Below are positions 18,300 through 27,658 of a DNA stretch of 44,728 nucleotides, one piece after another. The position numbers and the translations under genes are program-made. The notes beneath the pieces are model-generated. The model saw only the letters and a program-made list of their open reading frames with translations, had not been told where the DNA came from and searched no databases. Numbering within the stretch: the first letter of the stretch is position 1; every line of letters starts with the position of its first letter. The stretch spans positions 1-44,728 of the forward strand of contig CAXTHU010000001.1 of NCBI GenBank assembly GCA_964244125.1, read 5' to 3'. Source of the stretch: an uncultured Sphingomonadaceae bacterium (lineage in GTDB: Bacteria; Pseudomonadota; Alphaproteobacteria; Sphingomonadales; Sphingomonadaceae).

Positions 18300-18962
18300 A
18301 TGATCGTCTTTGACCATGTGTCGAAAAAATATAACATCCGGCGATTCGAGAAGCAGGTCCTGCGGGATATCAGCTTCACCATCAACCGGGGCGACAGCAT
18401 CGGCATATGCGGCGCGAACGGGGCGGGCAAGTCCACCCTGATGCGCCTGATCGCCGGCGTCGAGGCGCCGACGTCCGGCACGGTCAGCCGCAGCATGTCG
18501 ACCTCCTGGCCGATCGGCTATACCAGCTGCTTCCAGTCGAGCCTGACGGGCGCCGACAACACCCGCTTCATCGCCCGCATCTACGGCCAGAATGTCGACG
18601 AGCTGCTCGGCTTCGTGGAGGATTTCGCCCAGCTGGGGGCCTATTTCCACCAGCCGATCAGCACCTATTCGGCCGGCATGACGGCACGTCTCGCCTTCGG
18701 CATCAGCCTGGCGGTGAACTTCGAATGCTATCTGGTGGACGAGGTGACGGCGGCGGGCGACCAGCGCTTCGCCGAACGCTGCCACGAGGCGCTGGTGACG
18801 CGGCGGCGGAACGGCACGCTGGTGATGATCTCGCACAGCTTCGCCACGCTGGAGCAATATTGCGATCGCGGCGCCGTGCTGCACGATGGCCACCTCACCT
18901 TCTTCGACACCGTCGCCGAGGCGGTGGAGGTGCACAACCACAATCAGCGGATCGCGGCGTAG
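18300..18962 (+). CDS. kpsT: Capsular polysaccharide ABC exporter ATP-binding subunit (KpsT/BexA-like)
   Basis: Walker A GANGAGKST, SWPIG, signature YSAGM..RLAFG.S and Walker B YLVDE. Confidence 0.85.
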   Translation: MIVFDHVSKKYNIRRFEKQVLRDISFTINRGDSIGICGANGAGKSTLMRLIAGVEAPTSGTVSRSMSTSWPIGYTSCFQSSLTGADNTRFIARIYGQNVDELLGFVEDFAQLGAYFHQPISTYSAGMTARLAFGISLAVNFECYLVDEVTAAGDQRFAERCHEALVTRRRNGTLVMISHSFATLEQYCDRGAVLHDGHLTFFDTVAEAVEVHNHNQRIAA

Positions 18963-19051
18963 GGATCGTTCCGGCCCCGATCGCCGCGGGCAGCCGGCCG
19001 GTGCATGTCGCGACGCTTCCGCGCGGGCGGAAAAGACCGTAAACAGGGCGC

Positions 19052-20215
19052 ATGGCACTCCTCGGCCTCGGCTCGAAACCCTTCTTCGACGACAAGAACC
19101 GCGCCTTCTGGTTATTGCAGTCGCTCGGCTGGGGGGGGTATTTCCTGCTGCGCGCGCTGGGTGGCCTGGCCAACAACATGGGCTGGCTGTTCGTCGTGCC
19201 CTCGGCGCTCTCCACCGCCACCGGCTATTCGCTGACGCTGCTGATGGCCGCCGCCTTCCGCCGGCTCATCAACGCCCGGCCGATCGTGACGTGGAGCGTG
19301 TCGATCCTGCTGCTCGTCGTCGCCTCCTTCGCTTTCTCGACGATCGAGGTGTGGGCGCACGCCACCTTCTACCGCCCCGGCTCGCGGCCCGAGGGGGTGC
19401 AGTTCTTCGGCGCGATCCTGCTCGATTTCGCCCTGCTCGCGGCCTGGTCCGGCCTCTATTACGCGATCAACTTCTTCCTCCAGCTGGAGCGGCAGTCGGT
19501 CCAGCTGCTGCGGCTGGAAACGCAGGCCTCGACCGCGCAGCTGGCCATGCTGCGCTACCAGCTGAACCCGCATTTCCTGTTCAACACGCTCAATTCGATC
19601 TCGACGCTGGTGCTGCTGAAGCAGACCGACCGGGCGAATGCGATGCTGTCGCGCCTCTCGTCCTTCCTGCGCTACACCATCGCCAACGAGCCTTCGGCCG
19701 AGGTGACGCTGGCGCAGGAGGTGGAGACGCTGAAGCTCTATCTCGAAATCGAGAAGATGCGCTTCGAGGACCGGCTGCGCACCCATTTCGACATCGATCC
19801 GGCGACGGCGCGCGCGCGCCTGCCCTCGCTCCTCCTCCAGCCGCTGGTCGAGAATGCGATCAAATACGCCGTGACCCCGCGCGAGGAGGGGGCCGACATC
19901 TCGGTCGCCGCGCGGCTGGCCGGGGGCCGCGTCCAGATCACCGTGTCCGACACCGGGCCGGGGTTGAACGGCGGCGCGCCACCGCCCAACTTCACCCCCG
20001 CGCAGATCGATTCGGCGCCGGGCGCGGCGGTGCAGTCCACGGGGGTGGGGCTGGCCAACATCCGCGACCGGCTGGCCCAAGCCTATGGCCCGGACCACCG
20101 TTTCGATGTCCGCGCCGCCGCCGGCGGGGGCTTCGGCGTCGTCATCGAGATACCGCATAGCGAAGTGCCCCGATCCCCCGAGCCCAGGGCCGACCCCGTC
20201 AAGGAAACCGCATGA
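19052..20215 (+). CDS. LytS-type sensor histidine kinase
   Basis: N-terminal TM helices, LRYQLNPHFLFNTLN, YLEIEKMRF, LQPLVENAIK and GVGLANIRDRL. Confidence 0.92.
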   Translation: MALLGLGSKPFFDDKNRAFWLLQSLGWGGYFLLRALGGLANNMGWLFVVPSALSTATGYSLTLLMAAAFRRLINARPIVTWSVSILLLVVASFAFSTIEVWAHATFYRPGSRPEGVQFFGAILLDFALLAAWSGLYYAINFFLQLERQSVQLLRLETQASTAQLAMLRYQLNPHFLFNTLNSISTLVLLKQTDRANAMLSRLSSFLRYTIANEPSAEVTLAQEVETLKLYLEIEKMRFEDRLRTHFDIDPATARARLPSLLLQPLVENAIKYAVTPREEGADISVAARLAGGRVQITVSDTGPGLNGGAPPPNFTPAQIDSAPGAAVQSTGVGLANIRDRLAQAYGPDHRFDVRAAAGGGFGVVIEIPHSEVPRSPEPRADPVKETA

Positions 20216-21018
20216 CCATCCGCACCATCCTGGTCGACGACGAGTCGCTGGCCGTCCAGGGCCTCCAGCTGCGCCTCGCCGCCCACGAGGACGTCGAGAT
20301 CGTCGAGACCTGCACCAACGGCCGCGAGGCGATCCGCGCGATCAAGACGCAGAAGCCCGATCTCGTCTTCCTCGACGTGCAGATGCCGGGCTTCGACGGC
20401 TTCTCGGTGGTGCAGGGGCTGATGGAGGTGGAGCCGCCGCTGATCGTCTTCGTCACCGCCTATTCCGACCACGCGCTGCGCGCGTTCGAGGCCGACGCGC
20501 TCGACTATCTGATGAAGCCGGTCGACGTGGACCGGCTGGCCGACACGATCGAGCGGGTGCGCCAGCGCCTGGCCGAGAAGCGCGGGTCGGAGGAGGCGGA
20601 GAAGCTGAAGGGGGTGCTGGCCGAGCATGCGCCCGAGGCCGCCGCCGAGGCGCTGGCCGACGCCGCCGCCGACGGCCCCTCGGCCAACCGCTTCGAAAAG
20701 CTCATCAACATCAAGGATCGCGGCCAGATCTTCCGCGTCGACGTCGACACGATCGAGCGGATCGACGCCGCCGGCGACTATATGTGCATCTATACCGGCG
20801 ACAACACGCTGATCCTGCGCGAGACGATGAAGGACCTCGAAAAGCGCCTCGACCCCCGCCGCTTCCAGCGCATCCACCGCTCCACCATCGTCAACCTGGA
20901 CCTGGTCAAGGAGGTGAAGCCCCACACCAACGGCGAATGTTTCCTGGTGCTGGGCTCGGGCGCGTCGGTGAAGGTGTCGCGCAGCTATCGCGAGGTGGTG
21001 GCGCGCTTCGTGCATTGA
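20212..21018 (+). CDS. LytTR response regulator
   Basis: Receiver domain (VDDE, FLDVQMPG, DYLMKP) plus LytTR domain (FQRIHRSTIVN, VKVSRSY). Confidence 0.92.
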   Translation: MTIRTILVDDESLAVQGLQLRLAAHEDVEIVETCTNGREAIRAIKTQKPDLVFLDVQMPGFDGFSVVQGLMEVEPPLIVFVTAYSDHALRAFEADALDYLMKPVDVDRLADTIERVRQRLAEKRGSEEAEKLKGVLAEHAPEAAAEALADAAADGPSANRFEKLINIKDRGQIFRVDVDTIERIDAAGDYMCIYTGDNTLILRETMKDLEKRLDPRRFQRIHRSTIVNLDLVKEVKPHTNGECFLVLGSGASVKVSRSYREVVARFVH

Positions 21019-21162
21019 GTGGCGGCGTTCGGTTGGACCGAAGCGTGAAGCCGCCGCGAGAGGAGGGAGCTTTCCCGCCTCACTGTGGCCCCCCTGCACC
21101 GCCCGCCTCCAATCGCCCCGCCGCATCTGGCGACCGTCCGGCCGCTCGCGTAGACGGGGGCG

Positions 21163-22650
21163 ATGGCGTCCGCCGCTCCTCCCGACAACACCGATATCGC
21201 GGCGCTGGCCAGGGGCGGGCGGACCAATTTCTTCGGCTTCCTGCTGCGCCTCGCCGCGCGGCTGCCGTTCCTGTTCATCGCCGGCCGGGTCTATGGCGCC
21301 GACGCGCTCGGCCGCTTCGCCTATGCGGTCATCATCGTCGAGTTCGCCGGGCAGCTCGCCACCCTGGGGCTGAAGCGCGGCCTGGCGCAGCAACTGGCGA
21401 AGACGAGCCGGCCGCACGGCCATGTCGTGTGGGACGCGATGCTGCTGGGCGGGATCGCGGCGGCGGCGACGGCGGCGGTGCTCGCCATGGTGCCGCAGAT
21501 CATGTTCCCCAACAGCCGGCTGAACGGGCTGGACTGGCTGCTGCCGCTCACCGTCTTCGGGCTGGTCTGGTCCGACATCGCGCTCGCCGCGCTGGCCTAT
21601 CGGCTGGACATCGCCGCGACGGTGAAGGCGCGGTCGATCGTCGAGCCGTGGACCATCTCGATCGCCGCCTTCGCGCTCCAGTGGTATTCGCTGCGCGACG
21701 GGCTCATCCTGTCCTATGTCCTCTCGATCATCGCCGCCTTCGTCGCCTCGATCGTGCCGCTGGTGCGGAGCTACGGCGCCCCCGGCCGCTGGCAGCCCGA
21801 GCCGCACCGGCTGGCCAGCCTCACCCGGCGCAACCTGCCGCTGGCCGCCGCCGATGCGATCGAATGGGGCTCGCGCCGGCTCGACATCGCCATCCTCGGG
21901 CTGCTCTTCCCGCCGGCGACGGTCGGCATCTATTACGTCGCGCAGCAGGTCGCCTCGCTGCCGCAGAAGCTGAAGACCAGCTTCGATCCGATCCTGGGGC
22001 CGGTCATCACCCAGAAGCTGGAGGAAGGCGACAGGCGCGCCGTCGCCCGCCAGGTGCGGCAGGTCGGCTTCTGGATCATCGCCGCGCAGACCGCCATCGC
22101 GCTGGCGCTGGGCATCCCGGGCGAAGCGGTGATGGGGCTGGTCGGGCCGGATTATGTCGGCGGCGCCTGGGCGCTGGGCTTCCTGCTGGCGGCCGAGGTG
22201 GTGGCGGCGACGGCGGTGGTGGCGGAAGCGGCGCTGATCTACGTCGCGAGGCAGCGCAACCTCCTCGTCTCGCTGCTCATGGTGGCGGTGCAGGTCGCCT
22301 TGAGCTTCGCCGTCGTCCACGCCATGCGCGCGCTCCACTGGCCGCTGCTGGTCCAGGCCGCCGGGCCGGCGCTGGCGATGACCTGCGCGCTGGGCCTCGC
22401 CTCGATCCTGAAGGCGCGGCTGCTCGGACGATTGCTCGGCGCCGGGGTATCGGGCTGGCGCTGGGCGCTCGTTTGGGCGGCGGCGCCGGCGGTGGTGGCC
22501 GGCGCCGTCGCCACGCGGCTGCCCGAGTGGCTGGAACTGGTCGTCGGCATCCCGGCGATCCTCGCCGGCTATGGCGCGGTCATCTGGTACAAGGGCTTCG
22601 GCGCGGAGGATCGCGAGCTGTTCCGGATGAAAGGCGCGGCGGCGGCGTAA
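21163..22650 (+). CDS. Oligosaccharide flippase (Wzx/MOP family)
   Basis: Polytopic membrane protein with 'RVYGADALGRFAYA', 'DIAILGLL..PATVGIYYVAQQ' and a MOP-like layout. Confidence 0.78.
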   Translation: MASAAPPDNTDIAALARGGRTNFFGFLLRLAARLPFLFIAGRVYGADALGRFAYAVIIVEFAGQLATLGLKRGLAQQLAKTSRPHGHVVWDAMLLGGIAAAATAAVLAMVPQIMFPNSRLNGLDWLLPLTVFGLVWSDIALAALAYRLDIAATVKARSIVEPWTISIAAFALQWYSLRDGLILSYVLSIIAAFVASIVPLVRSYGAPGRWQPEPHRLASLTRRNLPLAAADAIEWGSRRLDIAILGLLFPPATVGIYYVAQQVASLPQKLKTSFDPILGPVITQKLEEGDRRAVARQVRQVGFWIIAAQTAIALALGIPGEAVMGLVGPDYVGGAWALGFLLAAEVVAATAVVAEAALIYVARQRNLLVSLLMVAVQVALSFAVVHAMRALHWPLLVQAAGPALAMTCALGLASILKARLLGRLLGAGVSGWRWALVWAAAPAVVAGAVATRLPEWLELVVGIPAILAGYGAVIWYKGFGAEDRELFRMKGAAAA

Positions 22651-22651
22651 G

Positions 22652-22677
22652 CTAACCCCCCGTTAACCGCCCCTTAG
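22652..22677 (+). promoter_or_regulatory. Candidate CtrA-binding array CTAA-N7-TTAA-N7-TTAG
   Basis: Half-sites at 22652, 22663 and 22674, spaced exactly 11 bp apart, in the 40-bp gap before the next gene. The CtrA consensus is TTAA-N7-TTAA(C). Confidence 0.5.
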
Positions 22678-22690
22678 AACCTTTGCCGCC

Positions 22691-24235
22691 ATGAACGACG
22701 TCATGAGCGAAGATCATATCCGCGCCGACGTGGCGATCGTGGGCGCCGGTCCGGCGGGTCTGACGGCGGCGTATCTGCTGACGAAGGCGGGGGTATCCTG
22801 CGTGGTGATCGAGCGCGATCCGCATGCGGTCGGCGGGATCAGCCGGACGGTGGAGCATGGCGGCTTCCGCTTCGACATCGGCGGGCACCGCTTCTTCTCG
22901 AAATCGAGACAGGTGGTGGAGCTGTGGGACGAGCTGCTGCCGGACGACTTCATCGACCGGCCGCGGATGAGCCGCATCTATTACGAGGGCAGGTTCTACA
23001 GCTACCCCTTGCGCGCCTTCGAGGCGCTGGCGAACCTCGGCCTGTGGCGCTCGACGCTGTGCATGGCGAGCTTCGCCTGGGCCAGGCTGTTTCCCCGCCG
23101 CGATCCGCGGAGCTTCCGCGACTGGACGGTGAACCAGTTCGGCCACCGGCTCTTCTCGATCTTCTTCCGCACCTATACCGAAAAGGTGTGGGGCATGGCC
23201 TGCGAGGACATCTCGGCCGACTGGGCGGCGCAGCGGATCAAGGGCCTGAGCCTGGGCGGCGCCGTGTGGGACGGGCTGAAACGCTCGCTCGGCCTCAACC
23301 GCCGGCCCAACGACGGCATGGCGGCGAAGTCGCTGCTGGAGACCTTCCGCTATCCGAGACGCGGCCCCGGGATGATGTGGGAGGCGGCGCGCGACCGCGT
23401 CGTCGAAGGCGGCAACCGCGTGCTGATGGGCACCGCGCTCGGCCGGCTGCGGCATGACGGGACGCGCTGGCGGGTGACGGCGAGCGGCCCCGGGGGGCCG
23501 GTCGCGATCGCCGCCGACCATGTGATCTCCTCGGCGCCGCTGCGCGAGCTGGTCGGGCGCATCCACCCGCTGCCCGAATCGGCCGGGCGCGCGCTCGACC
23601 TGCGCTATCGCGACTTCCTGACGGTGGCGCTGAAGATCAGGAGCGCGGACATCTTCCCCGACAACTGGATCTACATCCACGATCCGGCGGTGAAGGTCGG
23701 CCGCATCCAGAACTTTCGTTCCTGGTCGCCCGAGATGGTGCCCGATCCGGCGCTGGCCTGCGTCGGGCTGGAATATTTCTGCTTCGAGGGGGATGGTCTC
23801 TGGGCCTCGTCCGACGACGATCTGGTGGCGCTGGCGACGCGCGAGATGGCGCAGCTTGGTCTCTGCGATCCGGCCGCCGTCGAGGGCGGCGTCGTCGTCC
23901 GCCAGGAGAAAGCCTATCCGGTCTACGACGCCGGCTATGCGCAGGCGGTGGCGGCGATCCGCGACGAGCTGGAGGGCCGCTATCCGGGCCTCCACCTGGT
24001 CGGGCGCAACGGCATGCACCGCTACAACAACCAGGATCACGCGATGATGACCGCGATGCTGGCGGTGCGCAACATCCTGGCCGGCGCGCGCGTCCACGAC
24101 CTGTGGAGCGTCAACGAGGACGCCGAATACCACGAGGCCGGCACCTCCGGCGCCGAGGACGACGCCGACATCGCCGCCGCGCTGTCGTCGGTCAGGGCGG
24201 TGCCCGAACGGGTCGCGCATCGCGCGGCGGCGTGA
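22691..24235 (+). CDS. FAD-dependent protein, UDP-galactopyranose mutase-like (eukaryotic-type motifs)
   Basis: GAGPAG and GG(I)S dinucleotide-binding motifs, FDIGGHRFFSK, YTEKVWG, W..QRI, FRYPRRGPG..W, AYPVY and GRNG..RYNNQDH. Confidence 0.7.
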   Translation: MNDVMSEDHIRADVAIVGAGPAGLTAAYLLTKAGVSCVVIERDPHAVGGISRTVEHGGFRFDIGGHRFFSKSRQVVELWDELLPDDFIDRPRMSRIYYEGRFYSYPLRAFEALANLGLWRSTLCMASFAWARLFPRRDPRSFRDWTVNQFGHRLFSIFFRTYTEKVWGMACEDISADWAAQRIKGLSLGGAVWDGLKRSLGLNRRPNDGMAAKSLLETFRYPRRGPGMMWEAARDRVVEGGNRVLMGTALGRLRHDGTRWRVTASGPGGPVAIAADHVISSAPLRELVGRIHPLPESAGRALDLRYRDFLTVALKIRSADIFPDNWIYIHDPAVKVGRIQNFRSWSPEMVPDPALACVGLEYFCFEGDGLWASSDDDLVALATREMAQLGLCDPAAVEGGVVVRQEKAYPVYDAGYAQAVAAIRDELEGRYPGLHLVGRNGMHRYNNQDHAMMTAMLAVRNILAGARVHDLWSVNEDAEYHEAGTSGAEDDADIAAALSSVRAVPERVAHRAAA

Positions 24236-26019
24236 TCCACCACAGCTTCCCGGCGGCGGCCGCGCCGCGCGTCGCGGCGCCTCCACCGGCCGCGAAAGGC
24301 CGGTGGACGATGATCGCGGTCTGGCTGGCGATCGCGGCGGTCATGGTCCGGTTCGACCGGGCCGCGATCGTCGCGGGCGACTATGGCGACACCGACGACT
24401 GGCTCCGTCTCCAGGAGATGCGCGACTGGCTGGGCGGGCAGGGCTGGTTCGACGTCCACCAGCACCGCATCGGCATCGGCGAGGGGCTCGCGATGCACTG
24501 GTCGCGGCTGGTGGACGTGCCGATCGCGCTGTTCGCCGCCCCGCTGGGGCCGCTGATCGGGCGCCATGCGGCCGAGGCGGTGGCGGTCACCGCGGTGCCG
24601 CTGCTGACGCTGGCGGTGATGCTCGCGGCGCTGACGCGCGTCGTCCGGCGGCTTTTCCCCGCTTCCCCGGCCGCGCCGGCGATCGGCGCCTTCCTGGTGG
24701 CGGTGGCGCCGCCGGTGCTGACCCAGATCCACCCGACCCGGATCGATCACCATGGCTGGCAGATCGCACTGGCGACGATCGCGCTCGCCGCGCTGGTCGG
24801 GCCGGCGCGCCGGCGCGCCGGCATCGTCGCCGGCCTCGCCACCGCGCTCTACCTCAACATCTCGCTGGAGGGGCTGCCGTTCGCGGTCGCGACGGCCGGC
24901 GTCCTCGCGCTCGGCTGGGCCTTCGGGATGGAGCGGCAGGAACGGTTGCTCGGCTTCCTGGCGGCGCTCGCCCTCGGCTCGGCGGTGCTGCTGGCGGCCA
25001 CCGCGCCGCTCTCGCGCTTCGGGCTGCCCTGGTGCGACGTGATCCTGCCGGCGCATGTCCTCGCGCTCGGCGTCGCGACGCTCGGCTGCGCCGCGATCGC
25101 GCGGCTGTCGGCGCCGGCGGCGCGGATCGGCGGGCTTGTCGTCGTCGGCGCCGGGGCGGCGGCGGCGCTCTGCCTGGCGGCGCCGATCTGCGCCACCGGG
25201 CCGTTCGGGATGCTCGATCCGCTGTCCCGGCTCTACTGGTACGACAACGTCGTCGAGGGGCTGCCGATCTGGCGCCAGCGGATCGCGGTGGCGCCGATCA
25301 TGGTCGGCTTCCCGCTGATCGGCCTCGTCGGCGCGCTGCGCGCCTGGCGCGGCGCGGCGGAACCCGAACAGCGGCGGCGGTGGCTGATGCTGCTGATGCT
25401 GGGGCTGGCCACGCTGGTCACCGGCATGCTGGTGCGCCGGGCGGGCGGGATCGCGCATGTCGTCGCGGTGCCCGGCGCGCTGGCGCTGATCCTGTCGCTG
25501 AAGGCGCGGATCGGGCTCAGCCGGGTGCCGCCGGTCCGCGTCGTCGGCACGACGGCGGCGATCCTGCTGCTGTCGCCGCTGATGCCGGCATGCCTCGGCG
25601 TCCTGCTGGATCGCGCGCCGCCCGCGCGGCCGGCGCCGAAGCTCCGCTGCGGCCTGGACTGCGCGCTGGCCCAGCTCGCCGCCATGCCGCCCGCATCGAT
25701 CCTCGCCGGCCTCGACATGGGGCCGGAACTGATCGCGCGGACGCCGCACCGGGTCTATTCCGCCGGCTATCATCGCAGCGGCCGGCCGATGACGGAGACG
25801 GTGCGCGCCTTCCTGATGCCGCCCGGTGTCGCCCACCGACTCGTCGCCGCCCGCCGCCTGGACCATGTCCTGATCGATCCGCGATCGGGCGAGGCGGAGA
25901 TCTACCGCAAGGCGGCGCCCGACGGCCTCATGGCGCGACTGCTGGCCGGGCGTGCGCCATCCTGGCTGCGCCCGGTGGCGATCGGCGGTCCGCTGAAGCT
26001 CTGGCGCGTGGTCGGCTGA
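24232..26019 (+). CDS. Polytopic GT-C glycosyltransferase, STT3/oligosaccharyltransferase-like (paralog 1)
   Basis: The GTG start overlaps the upstream TGA. Many TM helices and a soluble C-terminal domain. Motifs DTDD, HWSRLVD, RIDHH, NVVE, GLDMG and YHR. Confidence 0.65.
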   Translation: MIHHSFPAAAAPRVAAPPPAAKGRWTMIAVWLAIAAVMVRFDRAAIVAGDYGDTDDWLRLQEMRDWLGGQGWFDVHQHRIGIGEGLAMHWSRLVDVPIALFAAPLGPLIGRHAAEAVAVTAVPLLTLAVMLAALTRVVRRLFPASPAAPAIGAFLVAVAPPVLTQIHPTRIDHHGWQIALATIALAALVGPARRRAGIVAGLATALYLNISLEGLPFAVATAGVLALGWAFGMERQERLLGFLAALALGSAVLLAATAPLSRFGLPWCDVILPAHVLALGVATLGCAAIARLSAPAARIGGLVVVGAGAAAALCLAAPICATGPFGMLDPLSRLYWYDNVVEGLPIWRQRIAVAPIMVGFPLIGLVGALRAWRGAAEPEQRRRWLMLLMLGLATLVTGMLVRRAGGIAHVVAVPGALALILSLKARIGLSRVPPVRVVGTTAAILLLSPLMPACLGVLLDRAPPARPAPKLRCGLDCALAQLAAMPPASILAGLDMGPELIARTPHRVYSAGYHRSGRPMTETVRAFLMPPGVAHRLVAARRLDHVLIDPRSGEAEIYRKAAPDGLMARLLAGRAPSWLRPVAIGGPLKLWRVVG

Positions 26020-26059
26020 CGCCCTTGCCCTGAACCATGCCGCCGCATAGCAGGCGGCG

Positions 26060-27658
26060 ATGACCGCGCCCCCGCCAGGCCCCCGTGAAGCGCGCGCCTG
26101 GTGGGAAGGGCGGGCCTATGCGCTCATCCTGATCCTGCTCTCCGCCGTGCCGCTCGTCTGGCCGCCGGTGCCGCCGCTGGTCGATCTGCTCGGCCATATG
26201 GGCCGCTACCGCGTGCAGCTCGATCTGGCGACCTCGCCCTGGCTCGGGCAGTATTTCGGCTTCCACTGGGGGATCATCGCCAATCTCGGCGTCGACCTGC
26301 TGATGCAGGCGCTGGGGCCGGTGCTGGGGCTGGAGCCGGCGGCCAAGCTGATCGTCATGCTGATCCCGCCGCTGACCGTCGCGGGGCTGATCGGCATCGT
26401 GCGCGAGACGCATGGCCGGGTGCCCGCCACCGCCGGCTTCGCCCTGCCGCTCGCCTGGGGCTATCCGTTCCAGTTCGGCTTCGTCAATTTCGCCCTGTCG
26501 ATGGCGCTCGCCTTCTGCGCCTTCGCCTTGTGGCTGCGGCTCGGGCGGCTGGGCTGGCGGCGGCTGCGCGTCGTGCTGTTCGTGCCGATCGGCCTCGTCA
26601 TCTGGATCGCCCATATCTTCGGCTGGGGGGTGCTGGGTCTCTGCGTCTTTTCCGCCGAGCTGGTCGGGCATCGCCGGCGCGGCGACGCGCTGCCGCACGC
26701 GGTCTGGCGCGCGGGGCTCGCCTGCTGGCCGCTCTGGCCGCCGGTCCTGCCGATGGTGGCCTGGCGCGAGCAGGCCAGCGGCATCACCGGCGACTGGTTC
26801 ACCTGGACCGTGAAGCTCGCCTGGATGGCGTCGATCTTCCGCGAGCGGTTCCGCGCCTGGGACCTGGCAGGCGCGATCGGCCTCTACACGCTGGCGCTGA
26901 CCGCGCTGTTCGAGCGGCGCTTCCGCTTCGATCCGGTGCTGGGGCTGGCGGGGCTGGTGCTGGCGGCGACCTTCGTACTGCTGCCGCGCATCCTGCTCGG
27001 CTCGGCCTATGCCGACATGCGGCTGATGCCGACGACCGCGGCCTTCGTCGTGCTGGCGATCATCCCGGCGGGTTTCCCGATGCGCGGCCAGTGGTGGATC
27101 GCCGCGGCGGCGACCGGCTTCTTCGTCGCCCGCGTCGCGACCAGCACGGCGGCGCTGGCGCTCTACGGCGCCGGCTGGGCGGCGCAGCTGCCGGCGATCG
27201 ACCATATCCGTCCCGGATCGCGCGTGTTCGTCCAGGCCGCGATCCTATGCCAGCGCGAATGGCATACCTCGCGCATGGAGCATCTCTCCAGCTTCGCCAC
27301 CATCCGCGCCCAGGCCTTCGTCAACGACCAGTGGGTGATGCCGGGCGCGCAGCTCCTCACCATCCGCCAGGACCGGGCCGACGGCTTCTCGCGCGATCCG
27401 TCGCAGATCGCCCGGCCGACCGACCGCTGCCGCTCGCGGGGGGAGAAGCTGCTCGGCCCGGCGCTGGCGACCTTCCCGCGCGACGCCTTCGACTATGTCT
27501 GGCTGATCGACGTGCCGCGCGCCGGCCTGCCGCGCGATCCGGGGCTGGTGCCGCTGTGGGTGGGGGAACGGTCCGGGGCGCTATACCGGATCGTGCGCGG
27601 GACTATCGGAACACCCACACCCGGTTCAGGACGAACACCAGCGCCGGCGTCGCCGTGA
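26060..27658 (+). CDS. Polytopic membrane protein, probable GT-C glycosyltransferase of a different family
   Basis: An acidic/His motif follows TM1 (PPLVDLLGHMGRY), then NLGVD, FGFVNF, many TM segments and a C-terminal soluble domain ending FDYVWL. Confidence 0.55.
   Translation: MTAPPPGPREARAWWEGRAYALILILLSAVPLVWPPVPPLVDLLGHMGRYRVQLDLATSPWLGQYFGFHWGIIANLGVDLLMQALGPVLGLEPAAKLIVMLIPPLTVAGLIGIVRETHGRVPATAGFALPLAWGYPFQFGFVNFALSMALAFCAFALWLRLGRLGWRRLRVVLFVPIGLVIWIAHIFGWGVLGLCVFSAELVGHRRRGDALPHAVWRAGLACWPLWPPVLPMVAWREQASGITGDWFTWTVKLAWMASIFRERFRAWDLAGAIGLYTLALTALFERRFRFDPVLGLAGLVLAATFVLLPRILLGSAYADMRLMPTTAAFVVLAIIPAGFPMRGQWWIAAAATGFFVARVATSTAALALYGAGWAAQLPAIDHIRPGSRVFVQAAILCQREWHTSRMEHLSSFATIRAQAFVNDQWVMPGAQLLTIRQDRADGFSRDPSQIARPTDRCRSRGEKLLGPALATFPRDAFDYVWLIDVPRAGLPRDPGLVPLWVGERSGALYRIVRGTIGTPTPGSGRTPAPASP

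Noticed and set aside
20083-22655. 856-aa (+) and 751-aa (-) ORFs, and similar long alternate-frame ORFs elsewhere
   Set aside because: They are off-frame or antisense to well-supported genes, with low-complexity Arg/Pro-rich translations.
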